Notes: generated by a model not told the origin, from the letters alone. Shown: positions 1 through 12,270, counted from the stretch's first letter. The stretch: DNA of 64,000 nt from Patescibacteria group bacterium (GCA_040388985.1 JAZKAU010000001.1:59359-123358); one strand, 5' to 3'. Numbers and translations: made by a program.

Positions 1-1
1 C

Positions 2-259
2 ATCGATGAGATCCAGGAGGATGTCGAGGAACTGGGCGAGGATCTGGACGAGATTCAGGAAGATATCGAAGAGATTAACGAAGACGTGGGCGAGATTCAG
101 GAAGACCTGGAGGAACTCGGTGAGGATATCGACGAGCTTTCGGAGGAGGATAAGGAGGAAGAGAAGCGAGACAAACAGCAGGCTGTGACGCTCGAAGAAC
201 TGACGAGTCATGTGCGGCAGATTCTGAGTGACCTTGAAGCGCTAAAAAGAACCAAGTAA
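2..259 (+). CDS. 3' end of a protein with an acidic heptad-repeat coiled coil (possibly a DUF1003-type membrane protein tail)
   Basis: Frame 2 is open to TAA at 257-259: IDEIQEDVEELGEDLDEIQEDIEEINEDVGEIQED...ALKRTK*. Not in the ORF track because its start lies outside the window. Confidence 0.7.
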   Translation: MDEIQEDVEELGEDLDEIQEDIEEINEDVGEIQEDLEELGEDIDELSEEDKEEEKRDKQQAVTLEELTSHVRQILSDLEALKRTK

Positions 260-404
260 CGCTCCGCTCCGAGCCGGAAGGTGCTGTTTCGTTTCTAGCC
301 CCTGCGAGGCTTACACTTCTCGGGGCCGAAACCACACTGCCGCACCTTCTTGCTCTTCGCTCCGTCGACGGGTGGGAGGGGAATTGGTACGATAGAAATT
401 ACGA

Positions 405-475
405 GGGCCTATAGTGAAGCGGTATCACGCATCCATGGCATGGATGAAGTCGGGGTTCGACTCCCCGTAGGTCCA
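405..475 (+). tRNA. tRNA-Ala(GGC)
   Basis: Acceptor GGGCCTA/TAGGTCC with the G3:U70 Ala identity pair; anticodon arm CATCC-ATGGCAT-GGATG; T-loop GTTCGAC; CCA not encoded. Confidence 0.95.
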
Positions 476-545
476 CAAAAACAAGGAGTCGCAGACGACT
501 ATGTTTTTGTAGGATGTCGTGTAATCACGACGCCACTAACCTGAA

Positions 546-1040
546 TTAGCTTCGTTTCCACTCGCTCCTATCGCCCCGTCGCTTCTTATCGGCCATCAGA
601 AGCTCATCGTAGATACCATCGATAAGGTCATAGTCCTTCGCTTCTTCGAGCGTGACCCACTCGAACTTGTCAGTCTCTTTTGGTTGGAGAGTAACTTCAC
701 CTGACTCGTAGTCAGCCATGCACGAGATGACGAGCGACGGTGCTCCATCAGCGTGGATAGTCGCAAGACTCGTCACATATTCGATGTTCGAGATGGCAAG
801 ACCCACTTCTTCGCGCACTTCGCGTCGCAACACCCGCTCAAGCACGTTATACCAATAATCCTTGGTGTCTTTTGGCAGATTCACATAGTCTGCAGGCTCG
901 AGCTTGCCTCCGGGCACTGTCCACATGTTCGGGAAGCGTGGTTTGGTCGCTGCGCGACGCGTGATGAGATACTTGCCATCCTTCACGATTATCGCCGTAA
1001 TGACTATCTCATGCCGCAGTTTGAGGTCCGGCTGTTCCAT
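546..1040 (-). CDS. NUDIX hydrolase
   Basis: PGGKLE...LRREVREEVGL Nudix box with an insertion. Confidence 0.9.
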   Translation of the reverse strand: MEQPDLKLRHEIVITAIIVKDGKYLITRRAATKPRFPNMWTVPGGKLEPADYVNLPKDTKDYWYNVLERVLRREVREEVGLAISNIEYVTSLATIHADGAPSLVISCMADYESGEVTLQPKETDKFEWVTLEEAKDYDLIDGIYDELLMADKKRRGDRSEWKRS

Positions 1041-1061
1041 ACGAATATGATAGCAGAGGGA

Positions 1062-1904
1062 TTATAGTCCAAATAACAACCGAACTGCTTCGTATAGCCC
1101 CCACACGCCAAGGCCTACGAACGCTATACTTCCGAAGAAGGAAATCAAAGGATTCTTGACGGCGCGGATGGTGCGCTCAGGTGAGAGGTACAGGAAGATA
1201 TTCAGAATCGCGTGCGCGCTGAAGATGCCTATCGTAAAGCCGAAGACATTCACGACGTTGAAGAGCGGCACGTATCCTGCGAAGTCGTCGAGACCCAGAA
1301 CGAACGGGATGACGATCGCAAAGCCGAAGAGCGGCCAGAATCCTCCGCGATTACCCGCATTCATATTGAGGTCAGGGAGGATGCGACGCAGTAGAGGAGC
1401 TGTGAACCAGTTGATGCGAGCCAGAAAGTTCTCGAAGAACGTGACGACGTGCTTGAAGGCGCTCGGATATTTGCGATCGGTATCGATAGCGTGCTCAAGA
1501 CCGCTTTCAGCGAGCTTGAAGAGGACAAGGGCTGCCAGGATTATCATCAGCGCAAGGAGCCAGTCTATCTGCTTGAAGAGCGTCCAGATAAGGAGAACGG
1601 CCATAGTGCCGAGCGCATTCCCGAGTGCCGTACCTATTTCGATACTTATGCGGTTTTTCCATCCACCATTCGTGCGCATCAGGTTTCCGAGGAATAAAGC
1701 GAAATCTATGGACGTCTTGAGATAGACCGTCACGCCGATGATAATGTCAGAAAAGTGTACGACCAGAGAGATGTCCTTGGTAGTGAAATGATTGAGTATC
1801 CGGATCTGGACATAAACGAGAGCTACCAGGAATACGCAGACGACTAGCGCAAGCAGCAACGGCAGTATCTGCCGTTGCCAAAGTGTTCCGCGAGGTTCAT
1901 TCAT
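1062..1904 (-). CDS. Multi-pass membrane protein, CadD/LysE-superfamily transporter-like
   Basis: 6-7 hydrophobic helices; TSIDF and GLDDFAGYVPLF resemble CadD motifs. Confidence 0.6.
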   Translation of the reverse strand: MNEPRGTLWQRQILPLLLALVVCVFLVALVYVQIRILNHFTTKDISLVVHFSDIIIGVTVYLKTSIDFALFLGNLMRTNGGWKNRISIEIGTALGNALGTMAVLLIWTLFKQIDWLLALMIILAALVLFKLAESGLEHAIDTDRKYPSAFKHVVTFFENFLARINWFTAPLLRRILPDLNMNAGNRGGFWPLFGFAIVIPFVLGLDDFAGYVPLFNVVNVFGFTIGIFSAHAILNIFLYLSPERTIRAVKNPLISFFGSIAFVGLGVWGLYEAVRLLFGL

Positions 1905-1998
1905 ATGCCAGTTATAGCATGGGGACTAGGATGCTTTCATATAAGGCTCGTTTCGGCTATACTATTCTTACTACGGCGCGACGCCGTTTCATTTTTGT

Positions 1999-2757
1999 AT
2001 GGAAAGCGGGGGAATACATGTAGTCCTGAAAGCTGAGCAGATCGGCACGCTTTTTGGCCTTACCCTCACCAATAGTCTCCTTATGACCTGGGTGGTCATG
2101 CTCATTCTCATTGTTTTCGCCTTCCTCTTCCGCCGCAAATTGGCGCTCATTCCAGGCAAATTCCAGGCCGGCGTTGAATGGCTTTTCGAGGGAGTCTTGG
2201 GTTATATGACCGAAACGCTTGAGGACGAGAAGATAGCGAAGCGGTTCTTTCCGCTGGTCATGACCATCTTTCTCTTCGTGCTTCTGGGCAATGAGCTAGC
2301 CTTCATTCCGGGAGTAGGTTCCGTGGGCTTCCATGCGGCAGAAGGATTCGTTCCGCTCCTGCGCGCACCGGGTGCAGACCTTAACTTCACGCTCGCGCTC
2401 GCCTTCATATCATTCTTCACGATTGAAATAACTGGCATCGCCGTGCTTGGCTGGTGGAAATATGCCGGAAAATATATTAATCTTAGATCACCGATCGACT
2501 TCATCGTGGGTATCATCGAGCTGCTCTCGAACATCGGACGTCTCATCTCGTTCTCGTTCCGTCTGTTCGGCAACATCTTCGCGGGCGAAGTGATGATAGC
2601 CGTGGCAGTATTTTTCGCCGCATACCTTCTGCCTGTGCCACTGATGGCCTTCGAGGTCTTCGTTGGATTCATTCAGGCAGTGGTCTTCGCGATGTTGACC
2701 CTGTTCTTCATCAAGATAGCGATCGCGGAACCGCATGGGGGCGAAGAGGCGCACTAG
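1999..2757 (+). CDS. atpB: ATP synthase Fo subunit a
   Basis: SFSFRLFGNIFAGE, FIQAVVFAML. Confidence 0.97.
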   Translation: MESGGIHVVLKAEQIGTLFGLTLTNSLLMTWVVMLILIVFAFLFRRKLALIPGKFQAGVEWLFEGVLGYMTETLEDEKIAKRFFPLVMTIFLFVLLGNELAFIPGVGSVGFHAAEGFVPLLRAPGADLNFTLALAFISFFTIEITGIAVLGWWKYAGKYINLRSPIDFIVGIIELLSNIGRLISFSFRLFGNIFAGEVMIAVAVFFAAYLLPVPLMAFEVFVGFIQAVVFAMLTLFFIKIAIAEPHGGEEAH

Positions 2758-2785
2758 CGCTTTTCCTCCATGCGGCTCCGGGATG

Positions 2786-2894
2786 CCCAGTATGACAGCT
2801 TGGACCGACGTGAATTAACCACTACACTGGGAGTTCACGAGCCAAAGCAGTTTCAATGATGAATCGATCATTCCGTTGAGGCTGTCATACTGGG
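2786..2894. repeat. Inverted-repeat-bounded element, family B (copy 1)
   Basis: CCCAGTATGACAGC ... GCTGTCATACTGGG perfect 14-bp IR; related arms occur at 27116-27255. Confidence 0.6.
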
Positions 2895-2927
2895 GATGGA
2901 GCATAATTACAAAGTGTTATTAACTAA

Positions 2928-3288
<361 letters not shown>

Positions 3289-3289
3289 C

Positions 3290-3420
3290 CGCCGTATAGG
3301 CCCTGTCTGCTTTGTTATGGGTCCCGATGATTTTCTCCACCGTACGCCCTAGTACGCCTACGAAAATCATCTTCCCATGCCTCGCATCCAGGACCTCTCC
3401 GACGCTTAGGTACAGACCTA
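3290..3420 (-). repeat. Structured intergenic repeat, family A (copy 2)
   Basis: Reverse strand: GATGCGAGGCATGGG..GATGATTTTC-gtaggCGTAC-tagggc-GTACGgtgga-GAAAATCATC..CCCATAACAAAGCAGA. Confidence 0.75.
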
Positions 3421-3429
3421 CTTCACCTT

Positions 3430-3879
3430 ATGGCACAACTTCTCGACGCATTCGGCATTCAGCTGCCGCTTCTCATCGCCCAGGCAGTGAACTTCGGCGT
3501 TCTCTTCGTCGTGCTCTCATACCTGCTGTATAAGCCGGTGCTGAAGACTCTTGAGAACCGTCGCCAGATCGTCGCCAAGGGCGTCGAGGACGCGCAAGCC
3601 GCCGAAACGGCGCTCGCAGAAGCTGGAGAGAAGGCATCTGCGGTCGTAGAGACGGCTGAGACGGAGGCGGAGGGCATCGTCGGGCGCGCACGCGCTGAGG
3701 CAGGCACGGAGAAGGCGAAGCTCGTAAAGGACGCGGAAGCGCGTGCGGCAGCTATAGCTGCTGACGCGGAAGCTCGTGCGGCTGAGACGAGCGCAAAAGC
3801 GCTTCGTGAGAGCGAGAAGGAGATAGCACGCCTTGCCATACTCGCCGCAGAGAAGGCAATGCGCGCTAAGGCGTCATAG
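3430..3879 (+). CDS. atpF: ATP synthase Fo subunit b
   Basis: N-terminal TM helix (QAVNFGVLF..YKPV) followed by an Ala/Glu coiled coil; operon position. Confidence 0.95.
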   Translation: MAQLLDAFGIQLPLLIAQAVNFGVLFVVLSYLLYKPVLKTLENRRQIVAKGVEDAQAAETALAEAGEKASAVVETAETEAEGIVGRARAEAGTEKAKLVKDAEARAAAIAADAEARAAETSAKALRESEKEIARLAILAAEKAMRAKAS

Positions 3880-3883
3880 CACT

Positions 3884-4252
3884 ATGGAGAGAACCTACGC
3901 CAAAGTCCTGTGGAAGCTCTCGCACCAGCCTGGCGCTGACACGGGTGCATTGCTCAAGCGTCTTACCGAGCATCTTGAGAGCACGGGACGCATGAAGCTT
4001 CTTCCGCGCATCCTTCGCGAGCTGAAGGCAATCGAGGCGAGGGACGAGGGTGTGAACACGACTATAGAGGTTGCGAACGAAAGTGATGCTAAAGAAGCAC
4101 TCGCCTTCGCAGCCTCGCTCGGAGCAAGTGCTGAGGTAGAGCTGAATCCGAGCCTTATAAGCGGCTGGCGAGTGAAGGCGAACGGCACGCTCACTGACAG
4201 ATCAGGCAAGCGTGCGCTCATCGAGCTTTATCGCAAGGTGACCACAGCATAG
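3884..4252 (+). CDS. atpH: ATP synthase F1 subunit delta (short form)
   Basis: Starts MERTYAKVL; C-terminal NPSLISGWRV..DRS OSCP-like motif; lies between atpF and atpA. Confidence 0.85.
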   Translation: MERTYAKVLWKLSHQPGADTGALLKRLTEHLESTGRMKLLPRILRELKAIEARDEGVNTTIEVANESDAKEALAFAASLGASAEVELNPSLISGWRVKANGTLTDRSGKRALIELYRKVTTA

Positions 4253-4291
4253 AGAACAATCAGTCATAGAAATTTATTTAACTTATTTATT

Positions 4292-5839
4292 ATGGAAAGC
4301 ATCATCAAGCGCATCGAAGACCAGATCGCCGCATTCACGCCGAGTACGGAGACCCAGAGCGTCGGCACCGTACGCGAGACCGGAGACGGCATCGCGCAGA
4401 TCGACGGCCTCGACGGGGCAGTCATGTCCGAGATGGTGCTCTTCGACCCGACCCACGACCGCAGCCTCGAGGAAGCGCTCGCCGATAGCGACTCTCTCTA
4501 CGGGCTCGTCCTTAACCTTGAGGAAGACGGCGTACGCGCCGTGATCCTGGGCGACGCCAGCAAGGTCTTCGAGGGCATGTTAGTTCGCCGTCTTAATCGC
4601 CTGCTCTCCATCCCGGTAGGCGAGGGACTCGTCGGACGCGTACTGAACGCGCTCGGCGAACCGGTAGACGGCAAAGGCCCTATAAAGGGAACTGAGCTTA
4701 AACCTATTGAACGCCAGGCATACGGCGTCATCGATCGCGCTCCGGTGAACGTACCGCTTCATACCGGCATCAAGGCTATCGACGCCATGGTACCGATAGG
4801 TCGCGGCCAGCGCGAGCTCATTATTGGTGACCGTGGCGTCGGAAAGACGGCTATCGCCATCGATACTATCCTCAACCAGAAGTCCGAGGACCCGGCTACC
4901 CGTCCTATCTGCATCTATGTCGCCATCGGCCAGAAGGAGTCGAAGACGGCTCGAATCGTCGCGGACCTCACCGAGGCTGGCGCTATGGACTACACCATCG
5001 TCATCACGGCTCCGGCATCGAGCCCGGCTGCCTTCCAGTTTCTCGCTCCCTTTGCAGGCGCTACCATCGGCGAGTTCTTCATGGAGGCCGGTAAGGATGC
5101 GCTCGTTGTCTATGACGACCTGTCTAAGCAGGCAGTCGCCTACCGTCAGATGTCGCTTCTTCTTCGTCGCCCGCCGGGACGCGAGGCGTATCCGGGAGAC
5201 ATCTTCTACTTGCACTCGCGCCTCCTCGAGCGCGCAGCAAAGCTCTCGAAAGAGAAAGGCGGAGGCTCGCTCACTGCGCTTCCTATAATCGAGACGCAGG
5301 AAGGCGACGTTTCCGCGTACATCCCGACGAACGTGATCTCGATCACAGACGGACAGATCTACCTCCTTACTGATCTCTTCAACAAGGGCATGCGCCCTGC
5401 TATAGACGTAGGTATCTCGGTCTCGCGCGTGGGTTCCGCAGCACAGACCAAGGCCATGAAGAAGGTGTCTGGAAAGATTAAGCTCTCGCTCGCTCAGTTC
5501 CGCGAGCTCGAAGCCTTCACGCAGTTCGCCTCTGACCTGGACGCTGACACGAAGGCGCAGATCGACGCAGGTCGGCGCATGACGGAGGTGCTCAAGCAGA
5601 ACGTAGGCGAGCCTATTCCGTTCGAGATGGAGTCCGCAATCATCTTCGCTGCGACCAACGGCTACTTCGATGCCTTCGCGCCTGAGGAGACGGCACGTGC
5701 GCAGGCGAAGCTCCAGGATTATCTCCTGCGCGAAGCCGCAGATACGCTGAAGGCCATCCGCGACAGCCGCGAGATAGGTGAGGAGACCGAGAAGGCGCTG
5801 CGCGCCGTCCTCGACACGTTCGCGAAGCATTCTGCGTAA
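4292..5839 (+). CDS. atpA: ATP synthase F1 subunit alpha
   Basis: [36 protein letters not shown]. Confidence 0.99.
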   Translation: MESIIKRIEDQIAAFTPSTETQSVGTVRETGDGIAQIDGLDGAVMSEMVLFDPTHDRSLEEALADSDSLYGLVLNLEEDGVRAVILGDASKVFEGMLVRRLNRLLSIPVGEGLVGRVLNALGEPVDGKGPIKGTELKPIERQAYGVIDRAPVNVPLHTGIKAIDAMVPIGRGQRELIIGDRGVGKTAIAIDTILNQKSEDPATRPICIYVAIGQKESKTARIVADLTEAGAMDYTIVITAPASSPAAFQFLAPFAGATIGEFFMEAGKDALVVYDDLSKQAVAYRQMSLLLRRPPGREAYPGDIFYLHSRLLERAAKLSKEKGGGSLTALPIIETQEGDVSAYIPTNVISITDGQIYLLTDLFNKGMRPAIDVGISVSRVGSAAQTKAMKKVSGKIKLSLAQFRELEAFTQFASDLDADTKAQIDAGRRMTEVLKQNVGEPIPFEMESAIIFAATNGYFDAFAPEETARAQAKLQDYLLREAADTLKAIRDSREIGEETEKALRAVLDTFAKHSA

Positions 5840-5871
5840 TCCCGACCTGTAAGCAGCATTACTACTTCCGT

Positions 5872-6780
5872 ATGGCACTCAAGGACATCAAGGCGAAGAT
5901 ACAGGCGACCAAGCGCATGAACACGGTAACGCGCGCCATGGAGGCCGTATCCGCCGTGAAGATGCGCAAGACCCAGGCGCAGGCCTTCGACGGTCGAGCG
6001 TATGCGCGCGCCGCACTCTCCGTCCTTACGCGCCTCGCCGGCACCCGCATCGTCAAGGAGCACACGCTCGGAAAGGACAGGGAAGTGAAGCGGGTGGCTT
6101 TAGTCATCATCACGAGCGATCGTGGGCTCGCCGGTTCTCTCAATAGCAGCGTGCTGAAGAAGGCGATGGAAGAGATCGCTCCCTATAAGAAAGAGGACGT
6201 GACTGTCTTTGCCTACGGCGACAAGGGCGAACAGCACTTCTCGCGCCGCGGCTTCGAGGTGCGCGAGAGCATGCAGAACAAGGCGGATACCATCGAAGTC
6301 GAGACGATGCAGGATCTGTCGGAATCGGTGGTACGCGGCTTTATCGCAGGAGACTACGACAAGGTCGTCACGGTCTATAGCCACTTCGTCTCGACCTTCG
6401 AGCAGAATCCGGTCGTGCGTCGCCTGCTTCCGCTTTCCCTACCGGCAATCACCGAGATAGTGGAAGGTATCGTGCCTGCGCGCGGCAAGTGGGCGAGCGA
6501 CATCTCAGTCGAGGCGCCGGCCCACTATACGGTAGAGCCGGAGGCGGAGACGGTACTTGACCTGCTGCTTCCGCGCCTGGTCGCCGTCTCGCTCTACCAC
6601 ATGCTACTTGAGAGCAAGGCGTCCGAGCACTCGGCGCGCATGGTAGCGATGAAGAATGCGTCGGACAAGTCGAAGGAAGTCGCCCGTGACCTCACGCGCA
6701 TCTACAACAAGGTCCGTCAGGCCGCCATTACCCGCGAGGTGTCAGAGATCGTGAGCGGTCGAGAGGCCCTCTCGACATAA
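5872..6780 (+). CDS. atpG: ATP synthase F1 subunit gamma
   Basis: TSDRGLAG, ARMVAMKNASD, RQAAITREVSEI. Confidence 0.98.
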   Translation: MALKDIKAKIQATKRMNTVTRAMEAVSAVKMRKTQAQAFDGRAYARAALSVLTRLAGTRIVKEHTLGKDREVKRVALVIITSDRGLAGSLNSSVLKKAMEEIAPYKKEDVTVFAYGDKGEQHFSRRGFEVRESMQNKADTIEVETMQDLSESVVRGFIAGDYDKVVTVYSHFVSTFEQNPVVRRLLPLSLPAITEIVEGIVPARGKWASDISVEAPAHYTVEPEAETVLDLLLPRLVAVSLYHMLLESKASEHSARMVAMKNASDKSKEVARDLTRIYNKVRQAAITREVSEIVSGREALST

Positions 6781-6809
6781 AGCCGCGAGGCGCTTGCCAC
6801 CTAATACGT

Positions 6810-7028
6810 ATGCCTATGGACTCAACCGAACCGACAGTAGTGAATAAGATCACGTATGAACCGATGAGGTTCTTGCTCATGATCGCGATAGTTGCTTTAC
6901 TTATATTCATCGCGACCTTGATCCCAGCTCTGAATTCCCTGCACGGGATCGTCAGTTACCTTCTCATCGTGCTCCTGCTCATCGTAGGGCATATCATCGC
7001 GGATAAGGTTTATTATTTAATCAAATAA
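6810..7028 (+). CDS. Small two-TM hypothetical protein inside the atp operon
   Basis: 72-aa ORF with two hydrophobic helices; stop codon 3 nt before atpD. Confidence 0.6.
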   Translation: MPMDSTEPTVVNKITYEPMRFLLMIAIVALLIFIATLIPALNSLHGIVSYLLIVLLLIVGHIIADKVYYLIK

Positions 7029-8411
<1,383 letters not shown>

Positions 8412-8415
8412 GCCT

Positions 8416-8664
8416 ATGGCCAAGACGTTCCACCTGACCGTCGCTAAAGTTGGAGAGAATCTCTTTGACGGAGAGGCGCTTTCAGCGACCCTTCCTGCCG
8501 AAGACGGCGTGGTGACCATCCTCGCTAATCACGAGGCCTTCGTGACTCCGCTCAAGTCGGGAACTATTCGCATCGAAGCGGCTGATGGCGCGAAGCAGGA
8601 TATTGAACTAGCCGGTACTGGCCTCCTTGAAGTATCGAATAATCAAGCGACGGTCATTCTTTAG
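8416..8664 (+). CDS. atpC: ATP synthase F1 subunit epsilon (N-terminal domain only)
   Basis: LPAEDGVVTILANHE; 82 aa, lacking the C-terminal helices. Confidence 0.9.
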   Translation: MAKTFHLTVAKVGENLFDGEALSATLPAEDGVVTILANHEAFVTPLKSGTIRIEAADGAKQDIELAGTGLLEVSNNQATVIL

Positions 8665-8687
8665 TAGCGTGATAGAGTACTAGGTAT

Positions 8688-8918
8688 ATGGGTATACAAG
8701 ATTTTCTTTTGGGCGTCGCGATGAAGTGGAAGATGAAGGATGTGCCGGAAGCACAGCGCGAGCAGATCATGGCGCTCGTAAAGAAGAATCCAGAGCTTTT
8801 CAAGAAAATAGGCGAGGAAGTCGAGCGACGTACCAAGGGCGGTGAGCCGCAGATGAAGGCTACGATGGAGGTTATGAAGAAGTACAGAAATGAGCTCGCG
8901 AGCATAATGCAGAGCTAA
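8688..8918 (+). CDS. Small hypothetical protein
   Basis: 76-aa helical ORF tightly coupled to the next gene. Confidence 0.75.
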   Translation: MGIQDFLLGVAMKWKMKDVPEAQREQIMALVKKNPELFKKIGEEVERRTKGGEPQMKATMEVMKKYRNELASIMQS

Positions 8919-8920
8919 CT

Positions 8921-9499
8921 ATGGCAAAGAAAATATTCATCCTGATGGGAAATCCGGACAAGGAGGGGACTCTGTGCTGCGACTTCGCCGATATCTACGA
9001 ACGGGAAGCGAAGGCTGCCGGGCACGAAGTGCGGCGCACGAATTTAGGGGATATGGCCTTCGACCCTATTCTTCATAAAGGATACAAAGAGATACAGCAG
9101 CTAGAACCTGACCTCCTCAAAACACAGGAGGACATGAGATGGGCCGATCACTTCGTGCTTATCTATCCGCTCTGGTGGGCGGGAATGCCGGCACTCCTCA
9201 AGGGTCTCTGGGACCGCATGTATATCCCCGGCTTTGCCTTCCATTTCCATAAGGACGGTATGGTATGGGACAAGCTGCTCGCGGGCAAGACCGCGCGCGT
9301 CATCATCTTGTCCAAAAACTGGCCGCTCGTCGAGCGTATGCTCTTCGGCGACTTCAAGAACGAGATAGGGAGGGCACTCCTCGGCTTTGCGGGCTATAAA
9401 GTACGCATGACTGAAATAGGCCGTACTGAGGGCATGGATGAAGCAGCCAAGGCATCCTGGACCAAGACTATCTCCTCTCTTGCACGAAGCGCTCGTTAG
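8921..9499 (+). CDS. NAD(P)H-dependent oxidoreductase, flavodoxin-fold (NQO/Flavodoxin_2)
   Basis: WADHFVLIYPLWWAGMPALLKGLWDR. Confidence 0.9.
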   Translation: MAKKIFILMGNPDKEGTLCCDFADIYEREAKAAGHEVRRTNLGDMAFDPILHKGYKEIQQLEPDLLKTQEDMRWADHFVLIYPLWWAGMPALLKGLWDRMYIPGFAFHFHKDGMVWDKLLAGKTARVIILSKNWPLVERMLFGDFKNEIGRALLGFAGYKVRMTEIGRTEGMDEAAKASWTKTISSLARSAR

Positions 9500-9514
9500 G
9501 AAGATTCTATAGAT

Positions 9515-10597
9515 ATGAAGATCGGAATAGTTGGACTGCCGAACGTGGGTAAATCCACCTTATTCAATGCGCTTACGAAACAGAGTGTGCCTGCGGAGAA
9601 TTATCCATTCTGCACTATCGACCCGTCGGTGGGCGTAGTTGCCGTGCCGGATGAGCGCCTTTCGAAGCTAGCGGAGCTATCGGGATCAGAGAAGACGATT
9701 CCTGCAGTAATCGAGTTCGTTGATATCGCGGGGCTCGTGCAGGGAGCGTCCGAGGGCGAAGGCCTCGGGAACCAATTCCTATCACATATCCGCGAGGTAG
9801 ATGCCATTCTGCATATGGTGCGTTTCTTCGATGATCCGGACGTTACCCATGTGCATGGCGATGTCGATCCTGTCCGAGATATCGAGATTATCAACCTCGA
9901 GCTCATCCTCGCTGATACGCAGTCGGTAAAAGGGCGTCGCGAGCGTCTCGTACGCGAAGTGAAGTCTGGCCTTAAGGATGCCGTCGCTGAGGATGCAGTC
10001 CTGGCCAAGATCGAATCTGCACTTAGCGCAGGGAAGCTGGCACGCACGGTAGAGCTCACGCCTGAAGAACTCCTGCGGATAAAGTCTCTTAATCTCCTGA
10101 CCTTGAAGCCGATCCTCTACTCGCTGAACGGAAAGTCCGGCGGAACGATAGATGACGACAGGCGCGAGAAAGCACACACGCTCATACGATCCATGGACTC
10201 GGAGTTCGTGCATGTGGACGCTGCGACTGAGCGCGATCTGAACGACGTGGCCGAAGAGGAACAGGGCATGTTCCGCGAAGAGCTCGGTGTGGAGATAAAC
10301 GGCCTCGAAGCGCTTATCCGCGGAGCGTACAGCACGCTCGGTCTCATCACCTTCTTCACGACCGGTCCCAAGGAGACCCGTGCGTGGACGATACCTCAAG
10401 GCGCAACCGCTCCTGAAGCTGGAGCCGCTATTCACAATGACTTCAAGGACAAGTTCATCCGCGCCGAGGTCGTCTCGACCGACGCGCTACTTGCTGACGG
10501 CTCTTGGAGTGCTGCGCGCGATAAGGGTGATCTGCGTACGGAAGGAAAAACATACATCTTCAAGGACGGAGACGTCGCGGTATTTTTGCATAGCTAA
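9515..10597 (+). CDS. ychF: Redox-regulated ATPase YchF
   Basis: GIVGLPNVGKST, NYPFCTIDP, DIAGLV..GEGLGNQFL, TGS domain. Confidence 0.97.
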   Translation: MKIGIVGLPNVGKSTLFNALTKQSVPAENYPFCTIDPSVGVVAVPDERLSKLAELSGSEKTIPAVIEFVDIAGLVQGASEGEGLGNQFLSHIREVDAILHMVRFFDDPDVTHVHGDVDPVRDIEIINLELILADTQSVKGRRERLVREVKSGLKDAVAEDAVLAKIESALSAGKLARTVELTPEELLRIKSLNLLTLKPILYSLNGKSGGTIDDDRREKAHTLIRSMDSEFVHVDAATERDLNDVAEEEQGMFREELGVEINGLEALIRGAYSTLGLITFFTTGPKETRAWTIPQGATAPEAGAAIHNDFKDKFIRAEVVSTDALLADGSWSAARDKGDLRTEGKTYIFKDGDVAVFLHS

Positions 10598-10662
10598 GAA
10601 GCTGCCTCTAGCATATTGGGCGCCGTATGCTATTACTGTGAGGGGTAGAAGGGAGCTGACCT

Positions 10663-10926
10663 ATGTCTGCAATAACCGTCTGGCGGATTGTGGCATATAC
10701 GCTGCTCGTAGCGCCTGCCGCCGCCTATATAGTCTGTTTAGTACCGGCAATCTCGGAAGCTGACGGTGCAGCGGGATTTCTCAATCCCTGCATCGAGCAC
10801 ACCTCCGTCGGTGTCCATACGCTTTCAGGGCTCGGCACTATCCTCATGATATTGGCTATGGTGTCACTATCGTGCGCCGCAGCCGACATCCAGTCGATCA
10901 TCGAGTCCAGAAGGAAGAGGCCGTAG
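10663..10926 (+). CDS. Orphan two-TM membrane protein
   Basis: SD-like AAGGGAG upstream; two TM helices; downstream hairpin plus T-tract. Confidence 0.6.
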   Translation: MSAITVWRIVAYTLLVAPAAAYIVCLVPAISEADGAAGFLNPCIEHTSVGVHTLSGLGTILMILAMVSLSCAAADIQSIIESRRKRP

Positions 10927-11007
10927 ATGCTCATTCACCCCCGGTGCCAGCGGCACCGGGTTGGCTTTTATTTGCGTTTACTGGGGAGAATGAGAGTATA
11001 GACGGAT

Positions 11008-11658
11008 ATGAATCTTACAAAAAGAACCAAGCTGATTATCGGAGTGATTGTCGCCATATTGCTCATAATCGTCATCGCGTATCTTACGCGCAATAGATGG
11101 AAGCCACTTCCGGTCATGACGACGTATATCGGCAGCGCATTCACCTTCTCCTATCCGCGCGCAAACCATTTAGAGGAATATTCGAGCGACGTCGTATCGG
11201 TACAGCGTCCATTCGGCGATACGTACTACCCGCTCGTCGAGGTCGTCCGCTACAAGAGCGATCCTGACGTCAAGCTTCCTAGCAGCTTCGAAGCCTACAT
11301 CAAGCAGCAAGCTGTGGCGCTTTGTGGCACTGACGGTTCTGTTGAGAGCATTACGTGCACCGGCGCTACGACTACGCCTTACGTGAATGCGCAGGGAATC
11401 GCAGGAGAGAAACTATCGCTTACTCTTGTCCGAAAGAATCTTACAACCGGGACGAGCACGACGACAGCCTTTGAGCCGATATACGTCTTCAACACGACTC
11501 CGGTGCATATGCCTTCAGGTGAGTCTTTGCGCTACCAAGCCATATTTATCTATCCGTCGCTTGCCGCATTCGTTGCCGGCAGTTCCACGCCCGCGCTTGA
11601 GAGCCAAATTATCGACTCGCTCAGCATCTCTGGCGGAGTTACTCACGAAGGCCAGTAG
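11008..11658 (+). CDS. Membrane-anchored extracytoplasmic hypothetical protein
   Basis: N-terminal TM helix, FTFSYP motif, Cys pair. Confidence 0.75.
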   Translation: MNLTKRTKLIIGVIVAILLIIVIAYLTRNRWKPLPVMTTYIGSAFTFSYPRANHLEEYSSDVVSVQRPFGDTYYPLVEVVRYKSDPDVKLPSSFEAYIKQQAVALCGTDGSVESITCTGATTTPYVNAQGIAGEKLSLTLVRKNLTTGTSTTTAFEPIYVFNTTPVHMPSGESLRYQAIFIYPSLAAFVAGSSTPALESQIIDSLSISGGVTHEGQ

Positions 11659-11766
11659 AAGCTTGATCGGGTAGATCTTACCCTCAGGGAAACCAGACCC
11701 GATTCTTCGCGACTATACCCAGGGAAGGCTTGGGAATCAGGGTCCTGTGCCTGATACTCCGTATAT

Positions 11767-12207
11767 ATGATCCTGTCTCAATTCTTCGGCCCGCTTGAAC
11801 TGCATTTCGCGGTCGCGCTCGGTATCAGCCTTGTCCTCGGCTATCTTCTGGGAGCGGAGCGTGAGATGCGCGGCAAGGACGCAGGTATCAGCACGCACAT
11901 CCTGGTCATTTCAGGAGCGATGCTGTTTTCCATCGTCTCAGCGACTGACGTGCTTGCGCCGACCCGCATTGCCGCTCAAGTAGTTACCGGCATCGGCTTC
12001 CTCGGTGCAGGTCTCATATTCCATGTTGACGGAGGTGTGAAGAATCTGACGACGGCTGCCAGTCTATGGATCTCGGCCGCTATCGGCGTGGCGCTCGGTC
12101 TCGGCTTCTACGTTGTAGCGATTACCGCAGGCCTCATATCAGTGCTGGTGCCGCGCATTCCACGCGTCGGGATGAAGGAACGGGTGCATCCTGTCGAGCG
12201 TCCCTAG
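11767..12207 (+). CDS. MgtC/SapB family protein
   Basis: GAERE..KDAGISTH, TRIAAQVVTGIGFLGAG, LTTAASLW. Confidence 0.93.
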   Translation: MILSQFFGPLELHFAVALGISLVLGYLLGAEREMRGKDAGISTHILVISGAMLFSIVSATDVLAPTRIAAQVVTGIGFLGAGLIFHVDGGVKNLTTAASLWISAAIGVALGLGFYVVAITAGLISVLVPRIPRVGMKERVHPVERP

Positions 12208-12270
12208 TCGCTCTACGCAGCGCCACAAAGGGCGGCCTACGGCCGCCCTTTGTGCTATCCTGGAGCATAT

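Noticed and set aside
1-160. Tandem ~21-nt periodic repeats
   Set aside because: They encode the acidic heptad repeat of a protein; not a CRISPR or non-coding array.
11660-11760. Hairpin upstream of the MgtC-family gene as a Mg2+ riboswitch
   Set aside because: No M-box consensus recognisable, and the gene appears to have a -10 box immediately before its start.
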